This document shows positions 38,710 to 51,350 of a stretch of 64,000 nucleotides of DNA, piece by piece (the stretch's first letter is position 1; every line of letters starts with the position of its first letter). Both the position numbers and the translations under genes were made by a program. Origin of the DNA: Malacoraja senta. Its lineage: Eukaryota. The stretch is taken from positions 10,418,001 to 10,482,000 of the forward strand of contig CM075992.1 of assembly GCA_038087875.1 (NCBI GenBank). The letters are read 5' to 3'. The notes under the pieces are model-generated. The model worked only from the letters and a program-made list of their open reading frames with translations. It did no database searches and was not told the DNA's origin.

Positions 38710-39660
38710 AGGAAAGAACAAGGAACTTTTTTAATTTTTAAGATGGAGCTGGAACTGGTGGATTTTTCAGACAGTTACTGAGCTTATCTGTCTGGAATGT
38801 GTATTTGAGAACATTGTTTAACCTTGAATGAAAAATTCATGTACAAGGAACAGGGACGAGATAATATTAATATCTAACTATTATATGCTAATTACAATTA
38901 ACGAACTAACTTTAACAAAACTAATGACTTGTGAGTGTGTGTAGTAAATATGAATAATCATGAATAAACCATTGCTTATAAATTGTAATTAACCAAAATG
39001 TCCATAACATTACTAACGTTTTTTTTTTCTTTCTTTTTGAGTGGGAACGCAACATAAATTTGGAAAAAATCCAGGAATGAGGTTAACCCCTCGGTACCTA
39101 CTTGTAGGGTAGCTGGTTAGATAAATTGTTACGGTACAAATACTTATAGAAATGAGAATAGGTTGTGGTTTATATTTGGATTTGGGGTTTAATTACATTA
39201 TTTATTTACTTTTTAATATTTTACCTTTGCGTATTTTTTTTTTTTTTTTTTTTTGGGGGGGCTTTTTACTAACGCAGTTTGATAAAGTTAAACAAGAATA
39301 AACAAGATATGAGACGGTTTGTTGTTTTTGTACGAGGTGTTAATAAGGGATTGGGGCTCAATGTAAAATAACATCAACGGAAGTCTACAATTCTTACGCC
39401 ACCTTAGGTGGCTATTTGTCTTTAAGGTACCTGCTTTTAGATACCTTAATTTCACTTTAAAAAAAAATACTATACAAATTTGTATTTACTTAGTTTGTGT
39501 TAAATTAATTGTAAATCACAACTTTTCTTGCTTTATCTAAGGCACTTTTGGAGAAGGAGATGTAATGTAAACTTTTAAAAATTGCAATGACCACCCAACG
39601 CCCAGAACACGGAGGTATTTGTTTGCACCATATGTTTCAAGAATATTACTTTGATATACA

Positions 39661-42600
39661 ATGCAAGACGATAGGCAAATAAAGAATGGAGGAATCACAT
39701 TCTGTAGTTGGAATATAAGGGGTGACACTGAACCAATAAAGAGGGGTAACATTTTTGCTCACCTAAAATCTTTGAAAAGCGACATAATTTACTTGCAAGA
39801 AACTCACATGAAACAGGAAACACAAATGAGATTAAAGGCGAAGTGGATAGGCCAAACATATTATTCGTCATTTACTTCTAAATCTAGAGGTACGGCTATT
39901 CTTATTCGAAAAGGTATACCGTTCAAATTAAAGAATACTATATCAGATAAAGAGGGAAGGTTTCGGGAGAAATTTATGCTACCCCAAAAACTATGGTAAA
40001 TATTTACGCTCCGAATTTTGATAACTCTCAATTCTTTGAGAAAATTATAGATATAATACTGGAGTTTAATTATCAAAATGTCATAATAGGAGGGGATTTC
40101 AACTGTGTTTTAGATCCATACTTAGACAAATCAGCAAAACAAAGAAGGAGTAATATAAAATCTAAGACTAGTGAATTTCTAAATACATATATAAAAAATA
40201 CTAACATAACAGATGTATGGAGATCTGCTAACCCAGCAGGAAGGGGATACTCGTTTTATTCTTCGGTACATAAAACATACTCAAGAATTGATTTTTTTTA
40301 GTGGATAGGAAATTAATGCCATATATAATTAACCCAACTTACCATATTAGTAGTATTTCTGATCACTCTCCATTGACTTTTTAAGTAAAATTTGAAGGAA
40401 TGCCGGGAAATAATTTTTTTTGGAGGTTTAATACATATATATTAAATGACTTACAGGGTTATCAATATTTGAAACAACAAATGATATCATTTTTTGAGAT
40501 AAATGATACACCAGGTACCTCACCTTCTTCAATATGGGAAACTTTTAAAGCATTTATTGGAGGAATTATAATTTCATATGAAATTTTTCAAAATAAGAAG
40601 AATAAAACAGAACAGATTCTGTTAGAACAAGAAATAAGACAGTTAGAGTTAGATAATGATAAAGATCCCACTATAGATAAACATAATAAGATAATACCAC
40701 TGAAATTTAAACTTAACCGAATTCTCTCAACAAGAGTAATAAGATTATTCCAAATTACAAAACAGGAACATTTTGAGTTTGGTGACAAACCACATAAGCT
40801 GTTCGCGTGTCAACTGAAAAAACAGGAAAAGGAAAATACTATAAATAAAATTAAATCCGAGAATGGTGAATTACTAACACTACCTAAAGATATCAATAAA
40901 AGATTTGCTCAATTTTATCAAAATTTATACACATCAAAAACCAAAACAGAAAATAGTAAAATTACAAACTTTTTAGATAAATGTAATCTACCAAAACTTG
41001 ACTTTTTGGAACAAGAAGAACTAGGAGCGCAAATTACAATCGAAGAAATAGGTGAAACAATAAAGTCGCTGAAAAATGGTAAGACACCGGGAACAGATGG
41101 TTTTAGTAATGAATTTTATAAAAAGTTTCATGAGATAACGACCCCCTGTCTATTTAATTTATATACTTACGTTTTTAAAGAAAATAAACTACCTGAAACG
41201 TTAGCAGAATCAACTATTACGCTTATTCCAAAGAAAGATAAAGATCTAGAGGAACCGGGCTCATATAGAGCTATATCACTTTTAAATACAGACCAGAAAA
41301 TTCTAGCAAAGACTTTAGCTAGAAGACTAAGCAAATATATTAGTAAATTGATAAACCCTGATTAAACGGGGTTTATACCTAAAAGATATTCATTTAATAA
41401 TTTGAGACGCCTGTTTAATATAATGTACTCACATAAAGTGGAGGAAGAAGACTTAGCAATTATTTCTTTGGACGCAGAGAAAGCATTTGATCAGGTAGAA
41501 TGGCAGTATTTATACAAAGTATTACAAAAATTTAATATGGGAGAGAATTTTATTGCATGGGTGAAATTATTATATGATAAACCGATGGCAAGAATATTAA
41601 CTAACAGCATGTTATCTCAAAATTTTCAATTATCAAGGGGTAATAGGCAGGGATGTGCTTTATCACCCCTGCTATTTGCCCTTATGATAGAACCTCTGGC
41701 TGAAAGTATAAGAAGCCATCCGAATATTCAGGGTTATAATACTAGGGACTCAAATAATAAAATTTCATTGTATGCAGCCGATATTTTGTTATATATAACA
41801 AATTCACAAACGAGCATACCAATGTATTAAATTTAATAGAGGAATTTGGATCCTTTTCTGGATATAGAATAAACTGGCACAAAAGTGAAATCATGACGTT
41901 AAAACCTCAAGAATCTACACACTTATTGAAATTCCCCTTTAAAATAGCAACAGAAAAATTCAAATATTTGGGTATTCAGATTACTAGAAAACATAAAGCT
42001 TTATGCAATGCCAATTTTATACCCTTAATAAATAAACTTAATATAATGATAACATTTTGGAAAACACTCCCTTTATCATTAATAGGCAGAATAAATGCTA
42101 TTAAAATGAGCTTCCTACCACAGTTATTATACCTATTTCAATCTATACCAGTATATGTACCAAAATATTTTTTTTCTAAACTGAACGCTAATATTACTAA
42201 TTTTGTTTGGGATTATAAATCACATAGAATTAAAAAAGAACACTTATGTAAACCAAAAGATGTCGGGGGACTTTCACTCCCAAATTTTTTGTATTACTAT
42301 TGGGCAATACATATCAAGAATATAATTCACTGGTTGTATAGTTCAACTCAACAGACAGAATGGATAAAAATGGAGAAAGAGGATTGTTATCCTTGTAATA
42401 TAGGAACAATCCTCTTCTCCCCGAAAAAAATGAACAATACAATATATAAGAAAAACCCAATTATACAAGATACAATAAGAATATGGAAACAAATAAAATT
42501 AGCCTTAAAATTAAGAAACCTATCATTGTTAACACCGATAGCGAATAATCCTTTATTTAAACCATCTATGATGGATAAAATATATAATGAATGGGAAAGT

Positions 42601-44460
42601 TTCGGAATTAAAAGGATCGGGGACATGTATGAAATGGGAGATTTATTATCATTTCAACAATTACAATTAAAATTTAAACTGAAAAACACTCATTATTTTA
42701 AATATTTTCTGATTTGTAATTTTTTGAAGACATACATACAGGGATATCAAAAAATAACTCCTGATTTACTAGAAGAAGTAATGAATATAAAAGCTGATAC
42801 ACAAAAATTAATATCATATTTATATAATAATAATAATAATAATAATGGATTTTATTTACGGGCGCCTTATACCGAGGTCTCAAGGACACCATACAGAGAT
42901 TTATAGAAACCATATAATCAGAATTTAAAAAAATAGGTTATAAAGACCAATACACAAATCAGGGACAGAATTCCTTCCAAAAACACAAAAAAAAGAAAAT
43001 CAGAAGCACAATTTGAGGAGAGAGCAGCGGCAATTTAACGCCAGCGTCCACTCTCCCCTCCGACCGCCATCTTGAACACAGACTAACAAATACAATTACA
43101 AACAATTACATACAAAAATCATCCCCCCACAATGATTTCCATTGTGGGGGAAGGCACAATGTCCAGTCCCCAGCCCCAGTTCACCCAAAAAAGTCAGGCC
43201 AAATGAAGCCCCCGCTATTGCCTCTACGGAGGCCCGATGATCCTGGCCGTTCTCGCCGGGCGATGTAGCCCCGGCGTCGGGAGAGTCCTCCAGCAGCTGG
43301 GCCACCTGGAACGGCCGCATCCCTCACCGGAGGCCGCAACTACGGCTGGAACGGCCGATTTCCCGCAGGCGTCCGCAGCACCTGAAGCCGACAAGGCCGC
43401 GCCGATTTGGAGCTCAAGGCTCCCGGTGTTGGAGTCGGCGCTGCCGCCCGCTCCACAGTCCCGCAGCCCGGAGGTGTTGAGCTCGGCGGTCCAGCTCACC
43501 GGAGCTCCAGCGCGTCCGTCCAGCGCGGCGACCCAGGCAAGGCATCGCCCGCTCCGCTGCACAGTAGCGCTCCAGCGCCGTGCCGCCACCGAAGCTGAGG
43601 GTGCTGTGCGGTTCCCGCCAGGAAACGCCGCTCCACGCCCGCTGGTAGGCCGCGAGGACGGGTCGAATGGGCAGCCGGAGAGAAGGCTGCCTCACCGACC
43701 AGGAAGTGGTTTCCCCTTGATCCCCCCACATTAAAGGCAAAATAAATAAAAACAAAGACTTAAAGAAAACTAAAAAAACGTGGTAAAAAAGTACAATTAA
43801 CGGACGGCTGCGGTTTTGCAGCCGTTCCTCAAGATGCAAAATATAGATTTACCTGTGACCGAGGTAATTAGAGAAGAGTGGGAACGGGAATTATTGATAA
43901 AAATGACGAAGGCTACACGGGGAAAGTATTTGACATACATTCACAAGTATTCGATTAACGCAAGACATAATCAAATCCAATTTAAAATTTTACATAGATT
44001 ATATTACTCAAAAACAAGATTAAATAAATTGTATCCAAATATATCGCCCATTTGCGATAAATGTTTAACCCAAGACGCAACTATAACACACTCTTTTGTT
44101 TCTTGTATAAAACTTCATGGATTTTGGAGTGATATTTTCGAAATATTTACAAAATTATTTAAGACAAAAATGGAACCCAATAATGAATTGATTATATTTG
44201 GGGTAATGGAAGACGGGAACAAATTGAGCTCATCTCAAAAGTCAATTTTTAATTATGGTTTAATAATAGCAAAAAAATTAATATTGAAATTTTGGAAAAA
44301 TACACCAATACCAACGCTCAAAATGTGGATTGCAAGTATGTTGGATACCGCACATCTTGAGGAAATGCGATTCCTCCTAATAGATAAATTTGACCAATTC
44401 ATAACGAGTTGGTCTCCATTTGTCGTCTTTTTGGAAACATATGGTGCAATACAGGTGTAA
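39661..44460 (+). pseudogene. L1-C ORF2, decayed and interrupted at 42826-43838
   Basis: SWNIRG, LQETH, GGDFN, SLDAEKAFD. RT YADD has mutated to YAAD, and there are many frameshifts. Confidence 0.94.
42826..43835 (-). mobile_element. Composite GC-rich non-autonomous retroelement S4, (ATT)n tail
   Basis: Body shares GGAGCGGGCGATGCCTTGCC with S5. It has an internal second head CAAGATGGCGG at about 43063-43073 and an L2-like tail AAGGCGCCCGTAAATAAAA. Confidence 0.8.
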
Positions 44461-45080
44461 AAGCTAATCCGTGAGTGCGGATGGTCAAGATTATAAATGA
44501 TCTCCTTACTTCTATTTTCTTTTCTTGTCTTCTCTTCTTTTATTCTCTTTCTTCTATTTTCTATGTCTCAACTTTCTTTTTTCACTCTTTATTTTTCTTT
44601 TTCACACACTATATATCTCACATTTTTCTATTTTTCATTATCTATCTTTTTTCTTTTTCTTCTTTATTACAAAAAATTTAAAAAATAAGAAGCTGTACAT
44701 AAAAGGTATTATGAAAATATGATTGTATACAATTGTACTTACTTCTAATAAAATTAAAATATTTAAAAAAAAAAACAATTTGTCCAACGGCATCGGGGCA
44801 ATCCTTGCCCTAACAACACAGCGAAATCTCCAAAGGTCTATCAGCCTTCTCTGCTACAAAGAAAACAAGTTGATGTTTTATTTGTCAAATAACAACAAAG
44901 TGTTGTACAGCCCAATGGAAAGCGTTCTAGTACACGGGAGTGTTGCATTCCTAATCTGGAGAATTCGGTCAGTGATGAACGTCAAATATTCACGACGTAG
45001 ACTTCGCTTTTCTTTACATGCAATGGAGAATTGAATGTGGACAGAGATATTAGTAACTGTGATCTTATGGATGGCATGTT

Positions 45081-46350
45081 CAGTGCCCTCCATAATGTCT
45101 GCGACAAAGTCCCATCATTTATTTATTTGCCTCTGTGCTCCACAATTTGAGTTTGTAATGGAAAAAAAATCACATATGGTTAAAGTGCGCAATTTCAGTT
45201 GTTATTAATGGCTATTTTTATACATTTTGGTTTCATCAAGTAGAAATTACACCTGTGTTTATACATTGTGCCCCCCATTTCAGGGCACCCTAATGTTTGG
45301 CACGCATGGTTTCCCAGGCGTTTTTAATTGTTCAGGTCTGAGCAACTTTTCTTTCCCCCAGTTTTTTCAATCTCCTTTGGAAACTTTTATTGATGTTTAT
45401 CAGCACGAGGCCCAAAGTTGTGCCATACAAGTCGAAGAAGCCATTCTGAGACTGAGAAAGAAGAATAAATCTGTTAGAGACATCAGCCAAACCTCACGCT
45501 TACCCAAATCAACTGTTTGGATCATCATTAAGAAGAAAGAGAGTACTGGTGAGCTTACTACTAGCAAAGGGACTGGCAGGCCAAGAAGACGCCCACAGCT
45601 GTTGACAGAAGAATACTCTCTATATTAAACAAGTATCCGCAAACACTTGTCCGACAGACCAGAAACAGTCTTCAGGAGCCAGGTGTGGATATTTCAATCA
45701 CAACTGTCCGCAGACTCCGTGAACAGCAATACAGAGGGTGCACTGCAAGAAGCAAACCACTGGTTAGCCGCAAAAATAGGATGGCCAGGTTACAGTTTGC
45801 CAACAAGTACTTAAAAGAGCAACAATTGTTTTGGGAAAAGATCTTGTGGACAGATGAGACGGAGATTAACTTATATCACAGCGATGGCAAGAGCAAACTA
45901 TAGAGGAGGGAAGGAACTATCCAAGACCCAAAGCACACCACATCGTATGTGAAACACGGTGGTGGGGATGTTATTGCCTGGGAATGTATAGCTGCTGAAG
46001 GTACTGGCTCACTTAACAACTGCTGATGGTAGTAGCATAATGAATTCTGAAGTGTATAGACACATCCTATCAAGTTAAAATAAATGCCTCGAAACACTTT
46101 GGCCGGCGCTTCATTCTACAGAAAGACAATGTTCCCAAACACAATTAAGCATGACTTTTATATGTTGAAGAGAAAACTGAAGGGTACTAGCCCCCAAAAT
46201 TAACATAGGTTAAGATGGCTGTTATACAGGCCTGGCAGAACATCACCAGAGTAGACTACCAGCAACTGGTGATGTCCATGAATCGCAGACTTCAAGCAGT
46301 CATTGCATACAAAGGCATGCAACAAAACTACCAACACGACTATTTTCATT
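45081..46350 (+). mobile_element. Decayed Tc1 transposon, right end not identified
   Basis: CAGTGCCC TIR start; paired-like HTH (LPKSTVW..IKK, GRPR), KPLVS, WTDET, VKHGGG and QKDN.PKH. Confidence 0.9.
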
Positions 46351-49300
46351 TTGTGGAAACAATTAATTTAGAGGGAAAAAAGGAAAAATGAAACGTTACA
46401 GACATCAAAGGTTTGCTTCAAGAAACGTTATTGGATATCTCATGGAGAGATTGCTGCAGACAATTTCTCACCAGTTCTCTGACTTCCAAGCAGAATTAGG
46501 CAACAGTTATAGTGCGAAGTAAATAACTTGTGTTTGCTTTTGTTCGATACTATTCTACAAAGACATTATCGCCACATATTTCATTATACCAGATGATTCA
46601 TTATTCATAACATACAGTTCGTTCATATTAATCTTATTCAACAACAGCTGATTAATACAAATCAAACACTAATCTTGATTTTATTCTATCTCATCTTTCA
46701 AGCGGCCCATGCCACAATCGCCATTCCGAGCCGATCATAAGCCTCCCATTTACTGCAATGTATTTACGCCACTAGCGGTAGGAGCCGCGGGTGGTCCACT
46801 GTAACCTCTCACAAATGTAAACAGGCTTGTATCTCCTCCCATTTCATGTTTACATTTACCATCCGTAATTCGTCACATTCCTGGACTGGAGGCATACGTC
46901 TAATCTTACTTTGCCGATTCCCACGAACTTCTTCTGCACCTGGTCAAGCGAGAGCTGCCAAATGTCATATCCAAAACACCCTTTCGTACCTGTTCAATTC
47001 CAATCAAAATAAAATACGAAAGTATATAATTTTTTCTTCCACAGTTCCCTTCTTGTTGATCTTTATGATCATCACTAACAGTTACTTACTATTTTTTTAA
47101 TCATTATAAACTTTTACGATTCTTGTGCTTCCTTCTCTTCGAAGGTTCCGTCTGAGTGATGCAGTTTACAACTGGTAGTATGTACCCAATCGGATGTTTC
47201 TTTTACTTTTCTGCTGTTCCTGTTGTTAGTCGCACCAAATATGGTCCTTTCCATCTAGAAGATAGATAATAGTAAGATTAAACGAGAACTTACCAGTTCG
47301 AAGTTTGATCTTTATTTCATGAGGAGTTACGATGAGGGACTACGTGAAGAACCCCGTACAGCTGCACGTGCCTCAATCTTCAAAGCAGCGGTGTGAAATC
47401 ACAGATAATATTGATTGAAGTATAATAGTAAGACGAGAGAAGACTAGAACTACCAGATGATATTTATGAGGGTTGGGAGCGGAGGGCACGTCGTCCCTCG
47501 TCGTACCTCCTCATAAAATAAAGATCAAACTTCAAACTGGCAAGTTCTCGTTTAATCTTACTATTTTACTTCGGAGTCACGTGGGTGCCTACGTGAAGAT
47601 TTCAAATTCCATGATTTCATGCCGCGAGAAACAAGTCTACACAACCACTACTGCTTCATTGACAAATGAGGGAAAACATTAATAATGCATACAGTCATGA
47701 CATAGATTTAAAACATGCTGATGCTGTTAAATGAAGTAATCATAATAGTCCCATCACTCATCAGGATGGAACCTATAAACAGAACGTAATATGAGATTGA
47801 GAAATACCCTGGTCTGGCAACGGGTTGTTATAAAATATTTGGAAATTCGTTCTTTTGACCATGCTTCAGCCGTTCAGATGTGGTCCAGCGAGACATAATT
47901 AACCGTTGCTGCTTCTGTTGTAGCAGCCCTGGTAGAGTGAGATCTGGAATCAGTATCTACTCCTGCATAACTCGTCTCCGTTTTATCACCTGGAAATGGT
48001 CTGAACTGATACGTTCTTATAACGTTTTTTGTAACTAACAATCATAGCTAGCTAAGAGCCTCGAAGGTGACCTTGACGTATTGTTGTATATGTGAGCCCT
48101 CACATAACTAAAGGTCCCTGGATATGCCTTGATCTATTTTGAGACCTGACACCCCTTCTGCTCTGCTTAAGTAAATTATAAACATAATTATAAACATAAA
48201 ATACTATACATATTATTTACAGATGTAATCATCCTGTCCCGCCGCAATTATGTAGCGACTGAACTGTTGCGCTAAACCAGAGCCACGAATATAACTACCT
48301 AATGAGATCCGGCAAAGCTAAGAATATAGCCAGAAACCCCCTGGTGAAAATAGTGTTAACACAATGTCAACCTCCCATACTGCATTGTACTTGTCCTGGG
48401 AACACTTGTGTTAAGGATATCCTTTACTAACTCGATATGCGGGGTGAACTCAACAAAGTGGACTCGTTTGCTGCAACAAATCTGATGGAAAGCCCCTTGG
48501 CACCGTTAATGACCCTATAACTCAACATTGTCAAAGACCATTAGAAATGAACTCCAAGAGCTCCGAAATCTGTACCGTTTTAAATGTAACATGAGCATTA
48601 AACAAACACTTCCCATCTCTTGAAGAAGCAAAATACTGATTTTTGGTACTATCCCAGCACTTTGAATACATACAAGAATAGGGGTGACAACCCAAGCCGT
48701 AGGCAGTCTATTGAGAATCTGCAGAATATAAATTGAATTTATCATGCAACGGCTGATTTCCCGAGCCACAGGCTGAACCGCAAGTTACGTTTAAAAGAAC
48801 CATATAAGGTTGCATTATTATTATTCCCGACAAATCGGGAATTAAACTGCATAGGACAATCCCACAGCTGGAACCAAAAGCGGGCTCTTGATGACTTAAT
48901 TTGAAGCTCCGACTGGTGAAGCAAAATAGAAGAAGACATAAAAGGCCATTGCTCCTGCTTGTAGCGAGTATGTATTTTTCACCACTGTTGTGCCACATAT
49001 TTTTGCAACCTGTGAATTAGCATGAAAACAACATATGTATGTTCAGTGTTGCATTGAATCAGAATTTCATAAATACGGTGTGGTCCAACACCCATTCTGT
49101 GTTGTCATTGATCTGTACTTTATCATACTCCAGTGGCAAATGAGATTATGTACCTATTACAGGATTCTTTTACTTGATTGCACCCATGTGACAATCATAT
49201 GCCACCATCATAGTGTATCAACATGAAGTTGCGCATGCAGATATGCATATTCGCTCAATCACGCTTTAACCCGTAAAATGGACGTAGGGTCTATAGATAG

Positions 49301-49751
49301 TTGATACCAAAAACTGCAGAGTTAATAACTCATGAAAATCTCCTTCACCTCCAACGGGAGATGACATTCGCAAATTCCCACCTTAAGCCATTAGCATCAT
49401 TTTGAAATATAATGACATATTTATTGATCAACTACTGGAGCAATGCTAACACTGTTTGTCCGTCATAGTGACTTTAGTAGCTTCAGCCGGTAATAGTAAA
49501 GGTGTGTTAACAATGACCTTCATGACTCTTTACAGGGTTCTCGCTTAACTTTTTTTCCCAGTTGCCGGCCGGGCAACATTGACAGCTTTGTAGGTTGCCA
49601 AATGACAGTTTAGGTGGTCATTTAAGACGGTTTGCATGACGTGTGCGATAATGTGCTCGGACGAAGTGCGTAGTTACCAGTCGGTATTATGCTCAATGAA
49701 GCATTCACATATTATGTTCAAGAAGGCATTGCAGATACTGGAAAATCGAAG

Positions 49752-49933
49752 GCAGACAAAACTGCTGGAGAAACTCAGCGGGTGCAGCAGCATTAATGGA
49801 GCGAAGGAAATAGGCAACGTTTCAGGCCAAAACTCATCAGTCTGAAGAAGGGTTTTGGCCCGAAAAGTTGCCTATTTCCTTCGCTCCATAGATGCTGCCG
49901 CATCCGCTGAGTTTCTCCAGCACTTGTGTCTAC
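49752..49933. repeat. About 180-bp palindrome of Penelope-like terminal sequence (single arms also at 50808-50905 and 51960-52033)
   Basis: The arms are reverse complements of each other, and each carries CTGANGA..GAAA. Confidence 0.75.
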
Positions 49934-50719
49934 ATTCACATAATATTTCTGCTTCAAATAACTCACAAACTAAACATATTCACCAATCAAGACATGATAT
50001 ATACCGCAATGACATGCAGCACAATTATAATACAATATCTCAACTCTTTTTACACATTGCAATTAATACAATTTCTATTAGTTGTTTCCACTTCCAAACA
50101 AAAATATGGTTGGATTATTCAGCATATGATCAACATGCGTCAATAAATCCTGGACCATGGTAACATATATGCTTAACCAAACACAGTACAGATTGATGCA
50201 AGCATGTTTTCTGTGAAGGACCGAAAATTACCATGACATGGCCATAGCATGGGTCGTTATTGCTATTGGCACAGAAACACTCTGGCTTCCCACATAATTT
50301 ATCCTTAACAAAATATACAGTTTGCAAGGAAATTTCTAAAGGCATTTTATGATATTAGCTTTTAAAACCGACTATACCCATCTGACACGTTAAGCATTAC
50401 ACTAACTGACAAGAGATGGCCAAAGGACATAACTGCAGCAAATGTTCTTTTGGTAATATATTTAAAGGTGTCAAAACAAATAATAAGATTGGGAATTAAA
50501 ACACATTTGATTACATTCCGTTATCACACATAATCAATGTTCGTTCTGAAGACCATAAAGCACAATAGGGCCAGGGTGTGCGTGAATCAGTGCGGGCTGG
50601 ATAGATGGCGGGTGGGGGGGGTTGAAAAGGCAATTTTTGCGGAATAGATGGATTGAGGCATGTGAATTAGTACGTGTTGGTTGGAGTATGTTAATTTGTG
50701 AGGGGAGAGCACGGGGGAT

Positions 50720-51350
50720 GTCAGTGGAGTTGAATGGGGGGATCAGTATGGGATGGATGGGGGGGGGTCAGTATAGGATGAATGGGGGTTCAGTACAGGA
50801 TGAATGCGTGTAGACACAAATGCTGGAGACATTCAGCGGTTGAGGCAGCATCTATGGAGCTAAGGAAATAGGCAACGTTTCGGATCGAGACCCTTCTTCA
50901 GACTGTTCCCCCCATTGTTTTTGAATGGGGGGGATCAGTACAGGATGGAGGGGGGGGAGTGTCAGCACAGGATGAATGGGGGGATCAGTACAGGATGAAT
51001 GGGGGGGGGTCAGGACAGTGTGGATCGGAGGGTCTATGCAGGATGAATGGGTGATCACTACAGGATGAATGAGGGGATCAGTACAGGATGAATGGGGTGT
51101 TCAGTAAAAGATGAATGGGGGAATCACTACAGTATGGATGGGGAGATTGGTGCAGGGTAAATGAAGGGTGGGTCAGTACGGGATGAATGGGAGGATCAGT
51201 GTAGGATGGATGGGGGAGGGTGGCAGCAGAATCAATGCGAGGTGGGTAGGGTGATGAATAGGTTGGGAGGGGGGGTAGATGGGGAGGGGTGCACAGGGGA
51301 TGTCAGTGAGGACTGAATAGAGGAGGGAATGAGGATCAGTGCGGGATGGA
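50720..51350. repeat. About 22-bp purine-rich minisatellite (GGGGGATCAGTACAGGATGAAT)
   Basis: Direct reading. Confidence 0.85.

Larger units (their letters stand above)
38369..44774 (+). mobile_element. L1-C: divergent L1 family, 5'-truncated within ORF1
   Basis: 13-bp TSD ACAATTTGTCCAA (38356-38368 / 44775-44787). ORF1 and ORF2 are co-oriented, with a poly-A tail. Confidence 0.94.
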
